Source: a virus
IMG/VR virus record: IMGVR_UViG_3300035698_024280
DNA length: 64,000 nucleotides
Reading direction: 5' to 3' (one strand)
Both the position numbers and the translations under genes were made by a program. The notes beneath the pieces were generated by a model. It did no database searches. It was not told the DNA's origin and saw only the letters and a list, made by a program, of their open reading frames with translations. Below, in pieces: positions 59,203 to 64,000 of the stretch (position 1 is the stretch's first letter; each line of letters begins with the position of its first letter).

Positions 59203-61677
59203 TTATTGACAGCTTTCACATGTAGGGTCATCGATTCTGCAGACCATAGCGCTCATATCTTCTGTTGTAGTCGCTTCTAATGCACTCTGATTAATTGAAG
59301 CCTTTTCTACCTGAGATGCACTTTTATTTCTTAGGTAGTATGTAGTTTTAAGACCTATATTCCAGGCGTGCATATATATGTCGTTTAAATGCTTCATACT
59401 CGTCTTATTATTAAATATATTTACGGACATCCCCATATCAATCCATTTACCCCTTACTGCAGCTGCAGTAAGCAATGACATTTGATCCACATTAAATGCA
59501 TCTCTGTATTTTAAAGCAACATCTGAAGGTATCTCAGGTATTTTAGACAGATCACCATCACATCCCTTTATTCTACTAACCATATCATGGCTCCATAAAC
59601 CTAAGGCTTTCATATCTGCAACAAACCAATCATTAATTACAGTAAAATCTCCACCTAATACACTACGAGCAAACAGCACATTAAAATAAGGCTCAGTACA
59701 AGATGAGCATCCAGCAATTTGAGAAATAGTCGCAGTTGGGGCAATAGCCATAGTATTTGAATTTCTCATACCGTAATTCTTAACATGGGATCTAACTATT
59801 GACCAATCTAATAGCTTACTCTCTCCCCTATATAGAGCTTCGTTCTGGCCTCCCTCTCTCTGTTTTAGTAAATCTAAATGAGTATCAATTGGGAATTTAT
59901 TCTGATCCCACAGCGATCCTTTATAGGTGCTATATTTCCCTCTTTCTTTTGCAAGCTTGCTACTATTAAGTATAGTGTGATAAGATATAAATTCATATAG
60001 GTTGTCGCTATATTCTATAGCCTCCTGAGAGTCATATAGAACATCTAAAGCAATAAATAAATCGTGCCACCCCATAGTTCCCATACCTACCGGTCTATGT
60101 CTAGTATTGGAATTTTTTGCCTCTTGCGTAGGGTAGAAATTAATATCAATGACATTATCCAGCATTCTCATACCAGTGGCAATAGTACTAGCAATCTTAT
60201 TATAATTAATTGAATATTTACCATCTAAATTTTTAATGATATGCTCTTTAAGATTAATTGAACCTAAATTACATACTGCAGTTTCCCCATATTCATCAAT
60301 TTCTCGATTATTATTTTCTTTATATTTGGTAGCTTTGCTATGTAATAGAATTTCAGTGCAAAGATTAGAGCTGTTTACTGTACCTTCATGTTGGTTTGAG
60401 TATCTTATATTACTAGGATCTTTAAAAGTAATCCATGGGTGGCCAGTCTCGAATATCATTCCTAGCATTTTTTTCCAAAGATCTTTTGCCTGTACCTCTT
60501 TAAATAATCGCAGAGTTCCAGCCTTACCTAATATTACATATTCCCAATATTTATTTTCAAACTCCTCACCAAAAAGACCATGAAGCTCAGGAGTTTCGTC
60601 AGGAGAAAACAAATACCAAGGGCCATCTTTTTTTACTTGATTTATAAATAAATCTGGGATCCAATTTGCAGTATTCATGTCATGTGTTCGTCTCCGCTCG
60701 TCACCTACATTTTTCTTTAGAGCTAAAAAGTCTTCAATGTCAAAGTGCCATGTTTCGAGATATCCACATCCTGCGCCCTTACGTTTACCTCCTTGGTTAA
60801 TGGCTACGAGCATATCATTATATAGTTTCCAAAAATACACTGCACCTTGAGTATTACCATTAGTCCCCTTTATATATGCATTACTTCCTCTGAATGGTGT
60901 TAGGTCCATACCTAAACCTCCCGCAAATTTTGATTTCTGTGCCTCTTGATGCAGACCATCAAATATACCAAATACTGAATCCTCAAATGTATTTAAAAAG
61001 CATGAGCTTAATTGATTTCGAGTAGATCCTGAGTAAAATAACGTTGGCGTCGAACTCATATACGAAAACGTAGATAATAAATTATAAAATTCAATAGCTC
61101 TTTTTGTTTTATTATCTTCTTTAATAGCTAACCCCATTGCTACTCGCATTACCCAAGCTTGAGGAGTCTCTACTACTTTACCATCTATTCTAAATAAATA
61201 TCTCTCAGCTACTGCTGCAAGACCCTCAAATTGAAAATTGAGATCTCTGTCAGGTATTAAGGCCGCAGAAATTTCATCCATATCGAATTCAGTAAGGAGC
61301 TCTGGATTTACAATTTCTTCATCAATTAGAGACTTTAAATTGTCTATAAAGCATTTACTATATTGCTCTTCAAACGCCTTATCGTTAGTATTACTCTTAA
61401 AACAAGTTTTATATATGGTAAACAATAAAAGACGAGCAGCAACATATTTATATTGTGGGTCTTCTTCAACTAAAGCCCTTGCAGACTTTATCAGTGACTC
61501 ATCTATCTCTTGAGTAGTAACACCATCATATAACTTAACTTCTGCATTATATATAACTTGACGATGGTCTACATCATCTAGCCCCTTACAAGCCCTTTTG
61601 ACAGTTTGAGTAATTTTCCTTGCATCAAAATTAACGGATTTACCGCTTCGCTTTATAACAGTTATAGTATTGTTCAT
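59203..61677 (-). CDS. nrdA: Class I ribonucleotide reductase alpha subunit with ATP cone
   Basis: ATP cone VIKRSG, SSCFL, NLCTEI, CNLGSINL, APTATIS, TYYLR, C-terminal CESCQ. Confidence 0.97.
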   Translation of the reverse strand: MNNTITVIKRSGKSVNFDARKITQTVKRACKGLDDVDHRQVIYNAEVKLYDGVTTQEIDESLIKSARALVEEDPQYKYVAARLLLFTIYKTCFKSNTNDKAFEEQYSKCFIDNLKSLIDEEIVNPELLTEFDMDEISAALIPDRDLNFQFEGLAAVAERYLFRIDGKVVETPQAWVMRVAMGLAIKEDNKTKRAIEFYNLLSTFSYMSSTPTLFYSGSTRNQLSSCFLNTFEDSVFGIFDGLHQEAQKSKFAGGLGMDLTPFRGSNAYIKGTNGNTQGAVYFWKLYNDMLVAINQGGKRKGAGCGYLETWHFDIEDFLALKKNVGDERRRTHDMNTANWIPDLFINQVKKDGPWYLFSPDETPELHGLFGEEFENKYWEYVILGKAGTLRLFKEVQAKDLWKKMLGMIFETGHPWITFKDPSNIRYSNQHEGTVNSSNLCTEILLHSKATKYKENNNREIDEYGETAVCNLGSINLKEHIIKNLDGKYSINYNKIASTIATGMRMLDNVIDINFYPTQEAKNSNTRHRPVGMGTMGWHDLFIALDVLYDSQEAIEYSDNLYEFISYHTILNSSKLAKERGKYSTYKGSLWDQNKFPIDTHLDLLKQREGGQNEALYRGESKLLDWSIVRSHVKNYGMRNSNTMAIAPTATISQIAGCSSCTEPYFNVLFARSVLGGDFTVINDWFVADMKALGLWSHDMVSRIKGCDGDLSKIPEIPSDVALKYRDAFNVDQMSLLTAAAVRGKWIDMGMSVNIFNNKTSMKHLNDIYMHAWNIGLKTTYYLRNKSASQVEKASINQSALEATTTEDMSAMVCRIDDPTCESCQ

Positions 61678-61711
61678 ATATGATTTTTTTTATTAAAAGT
61701 ATTGTGTAGAT

Positions 61712-61747
61712 AAAAAAACGCATTGAAATTTTAAATTACAATGCGTT
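61712..61747 (-). terminator. Probable AT-rich intrinsic terminator between the 61757 ORF and nrdA
   Basis: aacgcattg/caatgcgtt 9-bp inverted repeat followed by a T7 run on the minus strand. Confidence 0.5.
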
Positions 61748-61756
61748 AATTATACT

Positions 61757-62125
61757 TTAGGCTTTTACTGAGCCTCTTAGCTTATTTATATATTTTAGTA
61801 CAGCCGGGTCACTTTCATTAGCTGCTAAGGAGGATACTGCCTCGTAGTTAGCTAATACTCGCCGAACGCTAGAGTCTGAAGCTGCAGCTATTATTTTTTC
61901 TGTCTGTTCTGATGTTAATTTAGGTGCATCCTCGTCACTAACATCCATTAATGATCTTATGTTGTCTATATTATACCCTTTTCTGAGAAGCAACTCTACC
62001 TTCTTGCATACATACAAAGATAAAAATTCAGGTAATGTTATATTATCTTTTGCTGCTCTACTTTCGAGCATTTCAGTAGTTATATAATATTTACTACCGG
62101 TTATATTACAAGTGAGTTTAGGCAT
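61757..62125 (-). CDS. Hypothetical protein
   Basis: ORF; TATAAT 8 nt before ATG. Confidence 0.6.
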   Translation of the reverse strand: MPKLTCNITGSKYYITTEMLESRAAKDNITLPEFLSLYVCKKVELLLRKGYNIDNIRSLMDVSDEDAPKLTSEQTEKIIAAASDSSVRRVLANYEAVSSLAANESDPAVLKYINKLRGSVKA

Positions 62126-62141
62126 ATACTAATATTATAGA

Positions 62142-62543
62142 TTAGGGTTTAATTATTTCTACTTGTGAAATCCTAAATTTTAAATTTTGTATTGCTTCTA
62201 CAGCTTGATCTGACGATGAAAAGTTATTATCTATTTTATCTTTGAATCCGGTCTGCTCAATAGGTACAAAGTCTTCATCCTTTTTATATCTTATGTGTAT
62301 ATTATAACCCGAATCGTCTTCAACAATTTTGAATTGAAATGGCGTTTTAGTATTACGTACTAAATATTTATTTGCTCCTGATATCCCTGTTGTATCGCCC
62401 ATCATTTGAGTTGTAACTGTAGATGGCTTCTGCATTATACCATTTAGCGATGCCTTTGAAACACTCGACCCTAGACCGGCACCAGAGGCCTTCGACCCGT
62501 GGTGTACAAACTCTTCACAATATTGCTTAAATGTTTTATACAT
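62142..62543 (-). CDS. Probable internal head protein with capsid-targeting N-terminus
   Basis: ATG at 62543, 8 nt after TAAATA; MYKTFKQYCEE. Confidence 0.6.
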   Translation of the reverse strand: MYKTFKQYCEEFVHHGSKASGAGLGSSVSKASLNGIMQKPSTVTTQMMGDTTGISGANKYLVRNTKTPFQFKIVEDDSGYNIHIRYKKDEDFVPIEQTGFKDKIDNNFSSSDQAVEAIQNLKFRISQVEIIKP

Positions 62544-62554
62544 TACTAATGTAT

Positions 62555-62986
62555 TTAATACATCTCCCAAGGATAGACTATCCACTCGTCTTTTTTTACA
62601 GTTTTAGCTGTGAAATCGGGAGTAAATATTGCTGAAGGTCTGTAGTGGAGGCTAGCGAATAATAGTATTGAACCATCTCCCTTATATTTCTGATAAATGC
62701 CCCCCATAGTTTCTCCAGAATCACATATATCGTCTATGTATAATGAATTACCTCTTTCTGAATTTCCATAAATACTTAAATCCCCACGGGTCTCCCCATC
62801 ATACGATTTAGCTGTTATTAAATATAGAGGTAATTTTAAAATTCTAGAAATTAAGCTGGCGGGGATTACACCACCTCTCTGTATGCCCACTACCTGATCA
62901 ATCTCTGTATCGGATCGATTCACCTTAGCTGCAATATATGCGCAATATTCCTCGACCTCTCCCCAACTAATATTTAACTTTTTCAT
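62555..62986 (-). CDS. Type I phosphoribosyltransferase, xanthine/guanine PRT (Gpt)-like
   Basis: GIQRGG, YIDDICDSGETM (PRPP loop), WIVYPWE; start set at MKKL. Confidence 0.88.
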   Translation of the reverse strand: MKKLNISWGEVEEYCAYIAAKVNRSDTEIDQVVGIQRGGVIPASLISRILKLPLYLITAKSYDGETRGDLSIYGNSERGNSLYIDDICDSGETMGGIYQKYKGDGSILLFASLHYRPSAIFTPDFTAKTVKKDEWIVYPWEMY

Positions 62987-62994
62987 ATGGCTAT

Positions 62995-63026
62995 AAAAAA
63001 GCGGGACCATCGATCCCGCTCTTTTT
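62995..63026 (-). terminator. Intrinsic, probably bidirectional terminator
   Basis: aaaaaa-gcggga-ccatcga-tcccgc-tcttttt. Confidence 0.8.
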
Positions 63027-63080
63027 CCTATAAAGTTAAGTTACACCTTTACATTAAGCTATAACTTAACTTTTAATTTA

Positions 63081-63617
63081 TTAAAGTGTTAATCTGCTGA
63101 CACTAAGAGTAGTAATTGGGTTTGGCTCTGGAGAAGAAGCCCTAGCAGAAGAAGCAGCTACAGGCTCTAATAGCCCATAGGAAATACCGTCAGCAATTGC
63201 AGTGAGTAAAATAACTAAATGATCGTCAATTTCTCCTTCAATGTTCTGAATATAAAAACTCCCATAGGCACTGAGTGCTAAGCCCAAAGCACCAGAGACA
63301 ATACCACTATACTTGCCGGTGCCGCTATCTGTATAAAATTCGATATTCTCCATTATATCTTCAGGGGTTAGTTCCTTTGCGCCAATTGCAGCTCTAATAC
63401 CTAAAGCAGCACTCTTAAAGTATCTAGATGAATCTGGATTATTAATTAATACGGCAGCCACACTAATAGTAGTACCGGCTTTAAGTACGCTTGCGATTTG
63501 AGCGACCTTTAGACTATCGTCGAGTATATTACTACCTTCTTTGCAGCCGGTAAAAAGGGAACCGAACCCTAGACTGATAATAATTGCGAATGTAGTGAGA
63601 ATAGATTTGATTTTCAT
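63081..63617 (-). CDS. Predicted lipoprotein
   Basis: MKIK + hydrophobic core + lipobox FTG-C; TAAATA 7 nt upstream. Confidence 0.65.
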   Translation of the reverse strand: MKIKSILTTFAIIISLGFGSLFTGCKEGSNILDDSLKVAQIASVLKAGTTISVAAVLINNPDSSRYFKSAALGIRAAIGAKELTPEDIMENIEFYTDSGTGKYSGIVSGALGLALSAYGSFYIQNIEGEIDDHLVILLTAIADGISYGLLEPVAASSARASSPEPNPITTLSVSRLTL

Positions 63618-63630
63618 ATAAATATATTTA
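63617..63630. promoter_or_regulatory. Overlapping divergent late promoters
   Basis: Palindrome taaatatattta (63619-63630) presents TAAATA on both strands between ORFs 15 nt apart. Confidence 0.7.
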
Positions 63631-63632
63631 AG

Positions 63633-63947
63633 ATGGAAAACCAAAACGATCAACTAAAAATACAAAGATTATACGAAGATTTTAGAAATCCCGTGGGCTC
63701 AACTCAACCTTCACAAAATTTAGGGACGGTTCAGCACCCAAATGCTGCAAAGCCAGGATACTCTTACGGTCCTTCAGCTACAACAACTGGGCCATCTGCC
63801 GGTAAACATAATATGCTTACAGCAGAAAATGAGGAGGATGATTTAAATTTAGCTGGGGAAATCCGGGACGTTATTAGTAACTGGACTGGCGGGAACAATT
63901 TATCCGCATTTATAGTAGCTATACAACGAGTATTACCCGAAAAGTAA
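63633..63947 (+). CDS. Small hypothetical late protein
   Basis: TATAAATA 8 nt upstream; N-terminal NDQLKIQRLYED. Confidence 0.6.
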   Translation: MENQNDQLKIQRLYEDFRNPVGSTQPSQNLGTVQHPNAAKPGYSYGPSATTTGPSAGKHNMLTAENEEDDLNLAGEIRDVISNWTGGNNLSAFIVAIQRVLPEK

Positions 63948-64000
63948 TTTTTCGTTAGGTGCTGATTTATCGGATAAATCACTATTTTCGATAAAGGCTA

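Noticed and set aside
1-61677. Inteins or group I introns in gp43, gp46, uvsW, DinG, gp20, nrdA, nrdB
   Set aside because: Lengths and motif spacing are normal; no splice motifs or interrupting LAGLIDADG/HNH ORFs seen in the portions present
271-63982. Many ORF-track entries antisense to or nested in clear genes (e.g. 271-564, 1965-2171, 3047-3370, 7733-8011, 14562-14939, 27112-27456, 45288-45620, 48118-48717, 54184-54510, 58724-59140, 63764-63982)
   Set aside because: Shadow ORFs opposite well-supported genes, with no motifs and compositions mirroring the sense strand
1-64000. Stop-codon reassignment (code 4 or 15)
   Set aside because: Core genes are full length in code 11 and end in all three stops (TAG: gp20 and the phosphoesterase; TGA: gp21 and the GME-like gene)
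1-64000. tRNA, rRNA, CRISPR array or large ncRNA
   Set aside because: Intergenic gaps are almost all under 100 nt and show no cloverleaf or regularly spaced direct repeats by eye; a tRNAscan/Infernal run would be the formal test
63933-64000. 3' end of a minus-strand gene (…AFIENSDLSDKSAPNEKLLFG*) and a 19-bp palindrome tgatttatc-g-gataaatca at 63963-63981
   Set aside because: Only 21 codons are visible at the window edge; the palindrome is a single AT-rich occurrence with no supporting context

Overview
AT-rich, gene-dense 64 kb segment of a large T4-like myovirus genome (standard code 11; no CRISPR, tRNA, rRNA, intron or intein seen). It has a replication/recombination block (5' half of gp43 DNA polymerase, a GT-B glycosyltransferase, gp46, gp47, gp55, uvsW, uvsY; gp62 and a DinG helicase elsewhere), a rearranged head/neck module (gp15, gp20, gp13, gp4, gp21, gp67-like, gp22, gp23), a gp5-like spike, three paralogous fibre-like genes, class I ribonucleotide reductase, phoH, GroES and a large nucleotide-sugar/glycosyltransferase cluster. 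The most notable signals are: (1) a 7-deazaguanine DNA-hypermodification pathway (folE, queD, and an operon dpdA-like TGT barrel / PurN-like formyltransferase / NMP kinase / catalytically intact QueF) pointing to formyl-preQ1, with an embedded kinase hinting at a pre-replicative route; (2) a nucleotidyltransferase + KxDG ligase + HIGH-family transferase cassette whose proteins carry T4-like capsid-targeting N-termini; (3) an RNR beta subunit with the class Ic (Mn/Fe, no radical tyrosine) signature; (4) mostly leaderless or short-leader, Shine-Dalgarno-free gene starts directly behind sigma70 or TAAATA late promoters. All calls come from motif reading only; no database searches were run.
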